Of a DNA stretch of 64,000 bases, positions 26,025 through 39,835 are shown piece by piece. Each line of letters begins with the position of its first letter. Position 1 is the stretch's first letter. Position numbers and translations under genes: made by a program. The DNA lies in NCBI RefSeq assembly GCF_006345805.1, contig NC_043017.1, forward strand, positions 26,970,001 to 27,034,000. The letters run 5' to 3'. The notes beneath the pieces are model-generated. The model was not told the origin of the DNA, ran no database searches, and saw only the letters and a list, made by a program, of their open reading frames with translations. Source of the DNA: Octopus sinensis. Taxonomy: Eukaryota.

Positions 26025-27888
26025 AGACAATATATTTTCTTTCGGCTTTATTTCTTATATATATTTTTTCCTAAATACCTCGGCAACACTGAACTCAAGT
26101 TAGATTTTATATATTTTTGTTATTTTATGGCACAAAAAGAAAAAGATTTGAAATGTTGTCACTCTTTTCACACAGTAACAGGGTAGGTAGGTAGGTATGA
26201 ATGAAGATAATGACATTTATTAATTTACAAATATTAACACAGAATTCATCTTATATATATATTTTTCCTAATTATTAGACGTTGTATTATATTTTTCTTC
26301 GTCTCCTTTCACTGAAATACACAGCGTAGTGCTTGAGCCTTGGGTAAAACGCTACATCAAATTTCAGATTTTTTTGTACCAAGAATTATCTTCGAAATAT
26401 ATTTGCCGTATGCTAGCACTTTGTTTTGCATAAAATTTCAGGTTTATTCCTATAAGTATTAGTCTGTATGTATTCCATATCCACCTCCTGGAACGGCGGT
26501 TATTTCTCTTTAAAACCTTTAAAATATTCCCAGATATTTATTTAACTATTTAGCATTTAGATTACCTTGACAAATATAATGTTTATTTATTCTCTTTATT
26601 TTGAATTAATTAGTCATTGTCTGTTCCTTTATTTTTAGAATGTCATTGTAGAGTTGATTTGTCTGATGCAGAATCTGGCCAGTTTGATTATAAAAACGTA
26701 GACTATTTTTGCCAGTGTGGGCCAGTTCACATGCTTAAGTGTTATGTAAATTCTATAATCATTTTCAGAAAGATAGCTGTATTTAGAAAATGCCGCTTTT
26801 TCAATGTGAGATATCTCCCTTCCTGGGTTTACTCCAACTGTATACAATGCATTTCCTTCATGTCCAAATCTGTGCCAGTTGGAATGTGTTCGAATATAGC
26901 ATATATTAACNNNNNNNNNNNNNNNNNNNNNNNNNNNNNNNNNNNNNNNNNNNNNNNNNNNNNNNNNNNNNNNNNNNNNNNNNNNNNNNNNNNNNNNNNN
27001 NNNNNNNNNNAGACAATATATTTCTTTCGGCTTTATTTCTTATATATATTTTTCCTAAATACCTCGCAACAACTGAACTCAAGTTAGATTTTATATATTC
27101 TTGTTTATTTTATGGCACAAAAAGATTTGAAAATGGTGTCACTTCTTTTCACACAGTAACAAGGTAGGTAGGTATGAATGAAGATAATGACATTTATTAA
27201 TTTACAAATATTAACACAGAATTCATCTTATATATATATTTTTCCTAATTATTAGACGTTGTATTATATTTTTCTCGTCTCCTTTCACTGAAATACACAG
27301 CGTAGTGCTATGAGCCTTGGGTAAAAACGCTACATCATTTCAGATTTTTTTGTACCAAGAATTATCTTCGAAATATATTTGCCGTCTGCTAGCACATTGT
27401 TTTGCATAAAATTTCAGGTTTATTCCTATAAGTATTAGTCTGTATGTATTCCATATCCACCTCCTGGAACGGCGGTTATTTCTCTTTAAAACCTTTAAAA
27501 TATTCCCAGATATTTATTTAACTATTTAGCATTTAGATTACCTTGACAAATATAATGTTTATTTTCTCTTATTTGATTTTATTAATTAGTCATTGTCTGT
27601 TCCTTTATTTTTAGAATGTCATTGTAGAGTTGATTTGTCTGATGCAGAATCTGGCCAGTTTGATTATAAAAACGTAGACTATTTTTGCCAGTGTGGGCCA
27701 GTTCACATGCTTAAGTGTTATGTAAATTCTATAATCATTTTCAGAAAGATAGCTGTATTTTAGAAATGCCGCTTTTTCAATGTGAGATATCTCCCTTCCT
27801 GGGTTTACTCCCAACTGTATACAATGCATTATCCTTCATGTCCAAATCTGTGCCAGTTGGAATGTGTTCGAATATAGCATATATTAAC
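26025..27888. repeat. About 880-bp direct duplication (26025-26910 / 27011-27888) split by a 100-N gap; probable unmerged contig overlap
   Basis: Copies differ almost only by homopolymer/short-repeat indels and abut the gap exactly. Confidence 0.85.
26911..27010. other. Assembly gap (100 N)
   Basis: Direct reading. Confidence 1.
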
Positions 27889-27914
27889 CATTCTCTAAAG
27901 GGAGTTAGTATACA

Positions 27915-27998
27915 CTCTGAGTTCAAATTCTGCCGAGGTCGACTTTGCCTTTCATCCTTTCGGGGTCGATTAAATAAGTACCAGTTACGCACTGGGGT
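27915..27998 (+). mobile_element. SINE family C body fragment
   Basis: GAGTTCAAATTCTGCCGAGGTCGACTTTGCCTTTCATCCTTTCGGGGTCGAT..AGTACCAG. Confidence 0.8.
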
Positions 27999-28179
27999 CT
28001 CACTTGTAAACACTTAAATTTAATTTGCAGTTGGTTATATAATTTAGTAAGGCCGATAAATTCAATCACGCACCCGCACATACACACACATACACACACA
28101 TACACACATACTACAAATCGAAGAAAAAATTGGTCGCTCTTTTCACAAAAAGCTATTTATATTCACTGCGTAACCTTCT

Positions 28180-28962
28180 GTGGCCGATCAATTGCCAGAT
28201 TTTCTGCTAATTTGTCATGGTTCTGCACAGGAAATCATCCACGACAGCTTCTGCACAGTTTGGGAGCCACAGTTACGACGACAGTGTGCCGAAGCGTAGT
28301 AGCGCAATCGTGTGGAGATCTCTCAACGCTCACTCTACGCTGAAGCTATGAAGGCGAGAACAGTCACAGTAGAAAAGACCTGAGACCATCACATTGAGCG
28401 AAACATCAGAAGTCAGTCTATGGAGAGGAAATATTTGGAGTCTCCAGCGAAAAGTAGATTCAAAATTCTCCTTCAGCAGAAAAAAGTGATGCTAAATGGT
28501 TTGTGGCCGCACATTTGGTATTTGCTGGAACGTTATCGGGAAGGGGCGTTTAACATCAGCTAGTTAGTCGACAGTGCTGGCCAATAACACAGAAAGCAGC
28601 AATTTGCACCAAGATGCAACATCTGTCTTTAATATAAGTATTAGTGTTCGTACGAAGATACAACAATTCACTTCAAGAAACGGCCGTCGACACATTCCAA
28701 ACGATTGTAAAAATGGGTTTTGAGTTGCTGGTGAACTCTGCATACTGCCCACATCACGAATCTTTCGATAATAACATGCTCGGTTCGCTAAAACTTCCAT
28801 TACGAGCTCATCGATTTACTACGGCAGAAAAAGAGGAAAACGTATTGCAAAGAAGACTGCTTGATAAGCTGAAAACATTATTTTGCAATGGAATGAGCAA
28901 GAAGGTAGAATGCTGGAATACGTACACCGAAAAGCAAATGGACTAAGTCGAAAATTAATGTA
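28180..28962 (+). mobile_element. Second, highly decayed mariner transposase remnant
   Basis: ORF 28644-28946 TIVKMGFELLVNSAYCPHHESFDNNMLGSLK..LRAHRF...W...EKQMD*VEN aligns to mariner HPPYSPDLAPSD..GPLK..LRG.RF...RW..C.E..GDYVE; upstream GSAQEIIHD-like motif; TIRs not resolved. Confidence 0.7.
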
Positions 28963-29018
28963 ATTATCCAAATCCTGCTTCTTCTTTAATAATTTACACC
29001 AGCAAAATGCCTTCTATT

Positions 29019-29019
<1 letters not shown>

Positions 29020-29094
<75 letters not shown>

Positions 29095-29095
29095 A
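29020..29095. repeat. (TCTA)n microsatellite
   Basis: Direct reading. Confidence 0.95.
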
Positions 29096-29117
29096 TAAAT
29101 ATATATATATATATTGG

Positions 29118-29385
<268 letters not shown>

Positions 29386-29394
29386 ATATATATC

Positions 29395-29490
29395 ATCTCT
29401 TCCCTTTCTTCATGAGCGTCCAATAATACTATATTTGTTCCACGTCCTCGCGTTGTGTTTTCTTTTTGTGTTTTCATGTTCGGATTATAT
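29395..29490 (+). mobile_element. 3' part of the minimal-hammerhead repeat family (ribozyme lost)
   Basis: TGAGCGTCCAATAATACTATATTTGTTCCACGTCCTCGCGTTG identical to 1178-1220. Confidence 0.75.
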
Positions 29491-30514
29491 ATATACACGT
29501 ACTTGTTATATCCAAGTACCTACGACTGGAACATATATAAAGTTTGAGAAGTCTGAAGTGGGTTACAAAACAACGTCCAGGAACAATAATAATTTATGGG
29601 CGTCGATGTCGATGTTTGTAGGCATTTCCATATCAAATTTCGATAATCTGAAAAAAACTTACGGTTATGTGTATATGTATGTATATATTACTGCATGTAT
29701 GCGTGCGTGTCTTTCTATCGCTTTCTTTTTTCTATTTATCTGTGTCTGTCTGTATGTGTGTGGAGATGTATAGGCGTGTTTGATTCGGAGAGAAACTCGG
29801 TTGGCATCACTGTACGCATTCTGTACTTAATGGCATTCGTCACCGAGGATTTACTATAAGTGTTCATAGTATGAGTTGCCTGGGCAGCTTATACATAGAA
29901 AGTAGAGTTCGTTGACCGCAAGCATAGCAGTAAAGTAGATATCGCTAATGACGTATTAACGAAAGGAGGACATTTCCAGATTGCAGAGGCAACATCTCAG
30001 TGAAATACATACATACATACATACATACATACATACATACATACAGAGGAACATACATACGTACAAAAATACATATATATACACAGCTCTCTCCCTCCCT
30101 CTCTCTATTTGTGCATATATATAAATATATATAAACATATATTTGTATATATATATATGCATATATTTGTGTATACATATATGAATATAATTATATATAT
30201 ATATATATTATATATATATATTATTATATCATGCATATATATGTATAATATACGTATATATAAGTATACTTATATATATTTGTATATATATATATATTAT
30301 ATATGAGTGCATATATTTGTTTATATATTATGCATATATTTGTGTGTATATATATATTATGCATATATGTTATATATATATATATATATATATATATCAC
30401 TTGATCACGTGACCGACCAGACCATCAGATGTTTTACACATCGCTGGTCACAATGTGTTCGCATTGTTTTAGCCTTCGAATGACGCCACCTTGCTGGCAA
30501 AAGCGAGCAGACCA

Positions 30515-30610
<96 letters not shown>

Positions 30611-32051
30611 ATATATATATGCATATATAAGTATATATGCGTGTTTCGGAATATGTGTGCATCTGCATGCATAGATGCACACGAGGTTATGCTGAAAAGT
30701 ACTTGGCTTTAATGGTATCGCAAAAGTCATTGTCGGAGGTCGAAAATTCCGAGTTGTTTTACAGGGTTTAGAAAAGCCGAAGGACCGCTTCAATAAGTAT
30801 GTGAAGCTGAGAGGAATATATGCTGAATAAAATCATAATTAACCGATCATTTTGTATTTATTTTTACCCAACGCCAGTAACATTTCAACACCCTCTCGTG
30901 TATCAGTATATATTTATATGATTGCGTATATACTTGGGTTTGTGTGTGTTTGTATGTATATGCATAACTATACACACAGAAATATACATAGAGAGACTGA
31001 GACAGAGAGAGAGAGAGAGAAAATGAAAGTGTGAGATAATGTCTATATGTGTGAGTATTTAGGTTGAAAAACTAAAATTATCTATAATCATCCATGCGTT
31101 GATTAGACAAATAATCCCTCTGATTTGTCTGAAATATATAAGCGAGAAAATCTGTTTACTGCATTGAATTAATCCGTTATATGACATCCGGCTTTTGAAA
31201 GAATGTGGTCAAATTCATAGCTGAATTTAAGCACATGTTCTCACTTTAAATATAACGTAAGCAAATATATTTTGTTAAAATTGCTTGAGACGAATGCCTG
31301 ATAATTTTTTAAGTAAAGAAGTCGTTTTAAACACTGAACAATATATAGCGATATCATACGATCATAAGCATACTAACATACGTATCTTGGTGTGTGCACA
31401 GCATTTTTTCCCTTATTTTATTTCATACTCTCATTTGATTGCAGCTATGCTGGTGCACTGCCTTGAAGAATGTTTAAGTCAAACAAATCGATTCCACTCC
31501 ATTTTGTTTTTAAGAAATTAAGGCCCGGAATTTATTCTGTCGTTCTCTATCGGCGAAATGCTACTTTACAAAAAATGTCAACACACCAACAAATTTTGTC
31601 AGTTGGTGATATATAGGAAAATGTTGTTGTCAATACGCCTGGTGTTAAAAACACTAGAAGTCATAAACAAAGGGGAAAAGCAGCCATAAGCACACACCCA
31701 CATTTACACACAACGCATGCGCACACACATACATTCGCAGAATAGACGAAACAGGGACAACTGATGAAGAGAATGTTTTTTATGTTGCATGTCTCGGTTC
31801 TCTGTTTTTTTCCTTGTTCGAAAAAAGTTTATTTTCTATGTTTTTGTTTTTATGTTTTGGTTTCTCATTGAGTCCACTTTTTTTATGTCCTGTGCCTGTA
31901 TATACATATATATGTATGTATATATGCGTATAAATATTTTATTTTGCATATATATATTTTACCTTCGGTGTTTCTTGTTATATATGTATTCTGCTTATAT
32001 GCTCAAGGCCATGGTAATTTTCATATATAATCAAATGTTTATTCCCTAAAC

Positions 32052-32201
32052 CAGTGATTTTCAACCAGGGTTCCGCGGAATTTTAAATTCTCCTGGGCAG
32101 ATATGTGTGCATAAGACTATTAAATTATTGCACAGGGGTTCCTCGAGCCAGTGGAATGTTTCCTTGGGGTTCCGCTCCAGCAAAAAGTTTTAAAAGCACT
32201 G
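32052..32201. mobile_element. hAT (Charlie-like) MITE, 150 bp
   Basis: Termini CAGTGATTTTCAAC ... GTTTTAAAAGCACTG, subterminal GGGTTCC repeats; 8-bp TSD degenerate. Confidence 0.65.
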
Positions 32202-32246
32202 TTTCAAAGCATTATAGTTTAGAGTCTAAACAATAATATGTATGTT

Positions 32247-32291
<45 letters not shown>

Positions 32292-32312
32292 TTATATGTA
32301 TTTATATGTATA

Positions 32313-32348
<36 letters not shown>

Positions 32349-32640
32349 TGTATGTATGTATGTATGTACGTACGTATGTAGGTGTATGTGTGTGTATGTG
32401 TGTGGTTGGGACAGGTATACAATTCGCGAGATGTCACGTGTAACCAAAAAATCACAAATGTCATATTTGTAGATTTGATAAAGATTTACGCACTTATACA
32501 CAGACACATGCACACACACACACACACACACACATACATACACACACATATGTATATACACGTATATGTAATTATGTTTGTGCATAATTATATCCACATA
32601 CATATATGCACATATGTATGTAGGTACACACGTGAGTATG

Positions 32641-32687
<47 letters not shown>

Positions 32688-32695
32688 ATATATAT

Positions 32696-32727
<32 letters not shown>

Positions 32728-33059
32728 GTCCTGAGGCCTCAATTCAACGAGTCGAGGAATCAAATCTAATTGAAGGTTGTAAGCAAGAAAACAGATTGAA
32801 GTGCGACAACGTAATTAGGATTATCGTAATCCGTCTGTTACTGTTGACCTCTTTTTCTAACGACTTAGACAGGAGCTTACAAATGCATGTATACATATAT
32901 ATGTGCGTACTCTCTCTCTCTGTCTCTCTCTGTCTGTCTCTCTGCCGCTCTGTCTCTGTCTTTCTGTCTGTCTCTCACTCTCTAGCTAACTTTCTATCAC
33001 TATTATCTATCTATTTATCTGCCTGTCTTTCTATGTATGTAATGTATGTTGTGTATCTC

Positions 33060-33063
33060 TATG

Positions 33064-33151
<88 letters not shown>

Positions 33152-33169
33152 ATTCTGTCTATCTATGTA

Positions 33170-33227
<58 letters not shown>

Positions 33228-33230
33228 ATA
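33060..33230. repeat. (TCTA)n microsatellite
   Basis: Direct reading. Confidence 0.95.
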
Positions 33231-34224
33231 TATATATATATATATATATATATCTATATATTTAGATCGACATCTAAATCGACATCCATATATGTTTATC
33301 TCTGTATTGGTGTGTATGTGTGCGAGCTCATAAATATTTATGATTTTGAAAGCAGAGCTGGCGAAATCGTTGGCACGCCGGGCAAAATTCTAGCGATATA
33401 TCATCGTTTCAGGGTTCAAACTCCTTGCGGGTTGGCTATATAAGAACCATTTACACGCTGTCATCGATCATGATTGCGCTATTCCTCACCCGAAAATACT
33501 GGATTTGTGCCAAAATTAAAAACAAATATTTATATCTACAAAAATACATGTCTGTGATTAAGTATGTATATGCGGATATAAATCTAAATGCATATAATTG
33601 TAATACGTACAGGTGAACATGTGCGCGTACACACGCCGCGTGTATGAGTTTCGATTGTCTTTCTGAATAAGAGTATGTGTCATACTGAGTGTGTCAGTGA
33701 GCGAGTTTCTCTATGTGGGCTTGCGTGGCTTGGTGCATATATACGGATTATGTACTTGCACATTCTACACTTTCTTACTACTGCCCACCGCCAACAACAA
33801 CCGGTACGATTTCTAATCGTCACATGCTCTAATTCCTGTCTTCCGCGTTGTCAATTTCCTATTCGCCATGCTGTATTTTCCAAATAACTGTTACCTATAT
33901 AACAACATCAACCCACAATACCACACGAGACCTCCCTCTACCAATCGCAGCTCACCTTGAGATAATAACAATCAACAGATGCCATTTAAATTCAAAATGT
34001 CAAAATGGCGGACGACTTACATCACGCTTGAAACTAAATTTTACCAACGAATTTGAATCAAGCTGTTTTGTTCCATACACACACACACACGCACACAGAC
34101 ACACAGACACATATATATTAGTGCAAATTGTACAGTGTATATGCACATATTTTATGAAAACCTGGGATGGAGTTTTAGACTCGTAACGGTATACATCGAT
34201 GATTATATACTTTTCTATCCTAAG

Positions 34225-34419
34225 CACAAGGCCCGAAATTTTGGGACGCCTTCCAGTCGATTACATCGACCCCGGTACACAATTGGTACTTAATTTATCG
34301 AGCCCCGGAATGGTGAAAGGCAAAGTGAACCTCGGCGGAATTTGAACACGGAACGTAAAGACATACGAAATACCGCTAAGCATTTCGGCCGGCGTTTCTG
34401 CCAGCTCGCCGCGTTCATC
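34225..34419 (-). mobile_element. SINE family C
   Basis: Reverse complement of GGCGAGCTGGCAGAAAC..CTTAGCGGTATTTCG..GTTCAAATTCCGCCGAGGT..TTTGCCTTTCA..GATAAATTAAGTACCA. Confidence 0.8.
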
Positions 34420-34596
34420 TAAAACGTGGGTAGTTTTCATTGAGAAACCAAAATTGAACGACGAACGGGAACGTGAGTGTCTAAATAACAGTTTTTGTGA
34501 TGTCTTTGCATCTTTATTAATAACACATATTACCCTTCCTCCAGTATTCGAGTACTATATATTCTACCTTGTCTCACATATACGTACTTAGCCTGT

Positions 34597-34632
<36 letters not shown>

Positions 34633-34866
34633 GTCATGCATATATAGACGCACCCCTATATCTATATACATGTTCATATCATATAACACACGTAGACATA
34701 ATACAGAGACTCAGTGCCTGTGTGCATTTGTGTTTTAATTTGTGTGCATGAATCTATCTGATTCTACAGTGAATCCGTCCTTTTTACATGATCAATTATA
34801 AGGTGCATTCATTAATAAATGTCTCTGAGGCATTGTTTCAGAATTTGATTATGTGCAAGAATTATA

Positions 34867-34951
<85 letters not shown>

Positions 34952-35005
34952 CTATATATATATAATGTATATATATATATATATATATGTGTGTATATAT
35001 GTGTG

Positions 35006-35036
<31 letters not shown>

Positions 35037-35304
35037 TTAGATATAGATATAGATATATATTCGAATTAAGAAACTTATGTATTTGAATGTTGGTGCATCT
35101 TTAATGTTCTTTGGAAACCTAATTAGAGATCATTGGCAGTAACCACAGTAGTTTAGGTGCAAATAAATACATGCACACACACAACATGCATACACATTCA
35201 TACTCATACAAACACACCATATATATATATACATATTTATATATATACATATATATATATGTATATATATACATATATATATGTATATAGATGTATATAT
35301 ATAC

Positions 35305-35335
<31 letters not shown>

Positions 35336-35460
35336 TATACATTTATATATATGTATATATATATATATTTATACATACATACATATATATATACATATAT
35401 ATATATTTATACATATATATATCTACTTCTATATCTATATATATATTATATATATGTACA

Positions 35461-35507
<47 letters not shown>

Positions 35508-35617
35508 TAATATATATATATATATATAATATATATATATTATATTATATATATATAATATATATATATATACATTTATATATATGTACATATATATGTG
35601 TGTCTGTATGTGTGTGT

Positions 35618-35842
35618 GGAGGCGCGTGGCTTAGTGGTTAGGGTGTCAGCATCATGATCGTAAGATTGTGGTTTTGATTCCTGAACCGGGTGATGTGTTG
35701 TGTTCTTGAGCAAAAAACTTCAATTCAACGTGCAAAAATGAGTAACGCTGCGATGGACTGGCGTCCCATCCAACTGGGGAACACATACGCCTTAGAAACT
35801 GGGAAACCGGGCCCATGAGCATGGCAAGGCTTCAAAAAAGGC
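35618..35842 (+). mobile_element. tRNA-derived SINE, family D
   Basis: Head GGAGGCGCGTGGCTTAGTGGTTAGGG..GATTCC, GTGTTCTTGAGCAA, central GCTGCGATGGACTGGCGTCCCATCCA (V-domain-like from memory). Confidence 0.7.
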
Positions 35843-35924
35843 GCATTTATTATTTCATATATATATATATATATATGTTCCTTCATAATTAGTGGCTCCA
35901 ATGGCATGGGCATTACAACGTTAA

Positions 35925-36110
35925 GGCGGTGAGGTGGCAGAAACATTAACTCGCCGAGAGGAATGCTTAGCGGTATTTCGGATGCGCTTACATTCTGAAT
36001 TCAAATTCTTCCTACAACTATTTTGCCATTCCTTCTTTTGCGTTCGATATACTACGCACGAGAAGAGGGCTGAAGGTTGTGTAATCGATTTACCGCGACC
36101 CCGAATATGC
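35925..36110 (+). mobile_element. Diverged SINE family C
   Basis: AAGGCGGTGAGGTGGCAGAAAC..GCTTAGCGGTATTTCG..CTGAATTCAAATTC. Confidence 0.65.
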
Positions 36111-36200
36111 TGGCCTTGTGACAAAACTTAAACAAAAGTTTTAAAGCGAAGCCTATTGAACGAATTATTTGGTGAGGAAAAAAAAACCGATTTTTTAAAA

Positions 36201-36395
36201 ACTTGTTTCAGTCATTTGACTGCGGCCATGCTGGAGCACCGCCTTTAGTCGAGCAACTCGACTCCGGGACTTATTCTTTGTAAGCCAAGTACTTATTCTA
36301 TCGGTCCCTTTTTGCCGAACCGCTAAGTAACGGGGACGTAAACACACCAGCATCGGTTGTCAAGCAATGCTAGGGGGACAAACACAGACAGACAA

Positions 36396-36472
<77 letters not shown>

Positions 36473-36640
36473 TACGACAGGATTCTTTCAGTTTCCGTCT
36501 ACCAAATCCACTCAGAAGGCATTGGTCGGCCCGGGGCTATAGCAGAAGACACTTGCCCAAGATGACACGCAGTGGGACTGAACCCGGAACCATGTGTTTG
36601 GTTAGCAAGCTACTTAAAACACAACCACTCCTGCGCCTGT
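36201..36640 (-). mobile_element. SINE family A, full length
   Basis: Tail ACTTGTTTCAGTCATTTGACTGCGGCCATGCTGGAGCACCGCC, head CAACCACTCCTGCGCC. Confidence 0.9.
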
Positions 36641-36783
36641 ATGATGTTCGTGATTCTATCGTCGTTTGGTGAGGTTGAGAACCTGATCGAACAGGTCTAT
36701 TATCAAATGTGCCACCAAAAGTTTAAGCGTCCTTTATCGAATGACACCGTTCCACCAGACTGCATTTTGTTAAGATATAAATA

Positions 36784-37167
36784 GGAGCACTCCGTCGGTT
36801 GCGACGATGAGGGTCCCAGCTGATACGATCAACGGAACAGCTTGCTCTTGATATTACCGTGCAAGTGGCTGAGCACTCCACAGACACGTGTACCCTTAAC
36901 GTAGTTCTCAAGGAGATTCAGCGTGACACAGCGTGTGACAAGGCTGGCCCTTTGAAATACAGGTTCAAGAGAAACAGGAAGAAAGAGCGAGAGAAAGTTT
37001 TGGTGAAAGAGTACAGCAGGGTTCACCACCACCCCCTGACGGAGCATCGTAGAGCTTTAGGTGTTTTCGCTCAATAAACACTCACAATGTTTATTGAGTC
37101 TGGGATTCGAAACCGCGATCCTCTGACCGCGAGTCCGCTGCCCTACCCACTGGGCCATTGCGCCTCC
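36784..37167 (-). mobile_element. SINE family B, full length
   Basis: Matches 17724-18110; near-TSD TAAGATATAAA / TAAGATGTAAA. Confidence 0.88.
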
Positions 37168-37864
37168 ACTAAGATGTAAAAGTGAGGTGATGGAGATGTG
37201 TCTACCATCGCCGACCATAATATTCTTGTTTCAATGTAATTTTCGTCATGGTGCTTGGTTCTACCTTAGGTATACTCAGTCACTGACATTCGTGTCTTGC
37301 ACAAAACGACCACCGACTTAAAAACAGTAACATTGTTTTCTGTCAAAAATGTTTAAACGCAGAAACCATTTTGACTTGACAGATTCTTTCTCGTTGCCCT
37401 ATACCGTTTGACATTCTCATCCAATAATAAATGCGATATTTATGACATTACCAACAGTTGCAGCCAGCTACCTTAAATCCAATAATAAAACTGTACTGTC
37501 TACCTACAACTTACATGTTTTACATTGCAGTATTGGCACGCGTGCGAACACACACAGTCATACACGTTCATACACGCATACACCGAAGAAAAAAAATTCG
37601 AAAATAACACTGAAATCTTCATTGTATATTTAGTGCACTCGCTTTAGGAAACAACGTTGTGATTTAAAGGTCAGTCCGATTAAAATAATCTCAGCTGTAG
37701 TTAATAGTTTTAACTTAGTACGATCATAGTTAACTATGGTTATTTGCAGAAATATACTTACTAAGTTTAGTGCAAATTGTACAGTGTATATGCAAATATT
37801 TTATGAAAAACGGGGATGGAGTTTTTAGACTCGTATGGTCTGCATCAATAATTATATACTTTTC

Positions 37865-38900
37865 TATTCTAAAGACAAGGCCCTAAATTTGGGGGCGTGG
37901 TCCAGTCGATTACATCGACCCCGGTATACAACTGTTACTTAATTTATCGAGCCTCGGAATGGTGAAAGCCAGTCGACCTCGGCGGAATTTGAACTCGGAG
38001 CGTAAAGACAGAGGAAATATCGCTAAGTATTTCGCCCGGCGTGCTAACGTTTCTGCCAGCTCGCCGCGTTCATCGTTTTAAAAAAAATATTCTTTTCTAA
38101 TCTAATAACAAGGCGCGAAAGTTCTGGGAAGGGCGCAGTTGATTCGATTGATCCCAGTACTTAATTTACCGGTACTTCATTTACCGATCCCGAAATGATG
38201 AAAGGCAAAGTCGACCTCAGCGGAAATTAATGATAGAATAGACACTTTTATGCATTTCACCGGCGTGCTAACGTTTCTTATTTCTTTATTGCTCACAAGG
38301 AGCTAAACATAGAGGGCACAAACAAGCACAGACAAAGTATCAAGTCGATTACATCGACCCCCAGTGTGTAACTGGTACTTAATTTATCGACCCCGAAAGG
38401 ATGAAAGGGAAAGTCGACCTCAGCGGAATTTGAACTCAGGACGTGAAGACCAACGAAATACCTATTTCTTTATTACCCACAAGGGGCTAAACATAGAGTG
38501 GACGAAGAAGTACATACAAACGGATTAAGTCGATTACATCAACCCTCGTGCGTAACTGGTACTTAATTTATCGACCCCGAAACGATGAAAGTAAAAGTCG
38601 ACCACGTCGGAATTTGAACTCAAAACGTAACGGCAGCAGAAATACTGCTAAGCATTCCGGCCAGCGTGCTGACGATTCTGCCAGCTCGCCGGCAGACGAA
38701 ATACTTTTAAGTATTTCACCAGACTTGCGTATGTGAGCATGTATCGTTTCCACTACTGGCTAAAGGCCTGGTACTTTGAGGAGAAGGGCAAGTCGATTAC
38801 AACGACCTCAGTGCTCAGCTGGTATATAGTATATTGACCCCGAAATGATTATAGAAAACGTTGAGCAAGGCGGAATTTCAGCTTAGAACTCAAACGGCGG
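37865..38900 (-). mobile_element. Cluster of SINE family C copies, including a tandem multimer at about 38280-38700
   Basis: At least five occurrences of GTCGATTACATCGACC..GGTACTTAATTTATCGACCCCGAAAGGATGAAAGG.AAAGTCGACCTC..GGAATTTGAACTC or variants. Confidence 0.8.
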
Positions 38901-38960
38901 GCGAAATTATATCCTAAGCACATTTTCACCTTCCGTTCATCAACCGAACAAGCTATTATA

Positions 38961-39015
<55 letters not shown>

Positions 39016-39020
39016 GTAAG

Positions 39021-39357
39021 GGTAAAGACCCCCTTCGGTCATGAGTGACCATGGGTTGCACCTAGAGAGTTACCTCTGAGGCACAAGTCTGGGCAAGGTT
39101 GTTTTATGGAAGACCAGTAGTCGCCCATGCATACCGGCCTCCCCTCTCCACGCCACCAGTGTTATCCAAGGGAAAGACAAAGGTCGATACAGCTTGGCAC
39201 CTGTGACGTCGCAACTCATTTCTACAGCTGAGTGAACTGGAGCAACGTGAAATAAAGTGTCTTGCTCAAGAACACAACACGCAGCCCGGTCCGGGATTCG
39301 CGCTCACAACCTCACGATCGTAAGCTCGACGCTCTAACTACTGAGCCATGCGCCTTC
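39021..39357 (-). mobile_element. tRNA-derived SINE, family E, full length
   Basis: Minus strand GAAGGCGCATGGCTCAGTAGTTAGAGCG..GAATCCCGG, GTGTTCTTGAGCAAGACACT, tail GGGGGTCTTTACC. Confidence 0.85.
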
Positions 39358-39476
39358 ATATATATTGTGGTATATATATATATATATATTGTGTATATAT
39401 AATATATATATATATATTATATATATATATATGTATGTATATATATATATGTATATATATAATATATATATATATG

Positions 39477-39575
<99 letters not shown>

Positions 39576-39582
39576 CACACAC

Positions 39583-39624
<42 letters not shown>

Positions 39625-39649
39625 TATATACACATATATATGTTCTTTC

Positions 39650-39835
39650 TGTCTCTTATTTGTTCCAGTCATTTGACTGCGGCCATGCTGGAGCACCGCC
39701 TTTAGTCGAGCGAATCGTCCCCAGGATTTATTCTTTGTAAGCCTAGTACTTATTCTATCGGTCCCTTTTGTCGAACCGCTTCGTTACGGGGACGTAAACA
39801 CATTACCATCGGTTGTCAAGCGATATTGGGAGGGG
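39650..39835 (-). mobile_element. SINE family A, 3' half
   Basis: CAGTCATTTGACTGCGGCCATGCTGGAGCACCGCC..CGGTTGTCAAGC. Confidence 0.85.

Noticed and set aside
30398-30515. GC-richer island between TA arrays that looks like an interspersed repeat
   Set aside because: Single copy in the window with no TSD, TIR or coding signal, so it cannot be classified.
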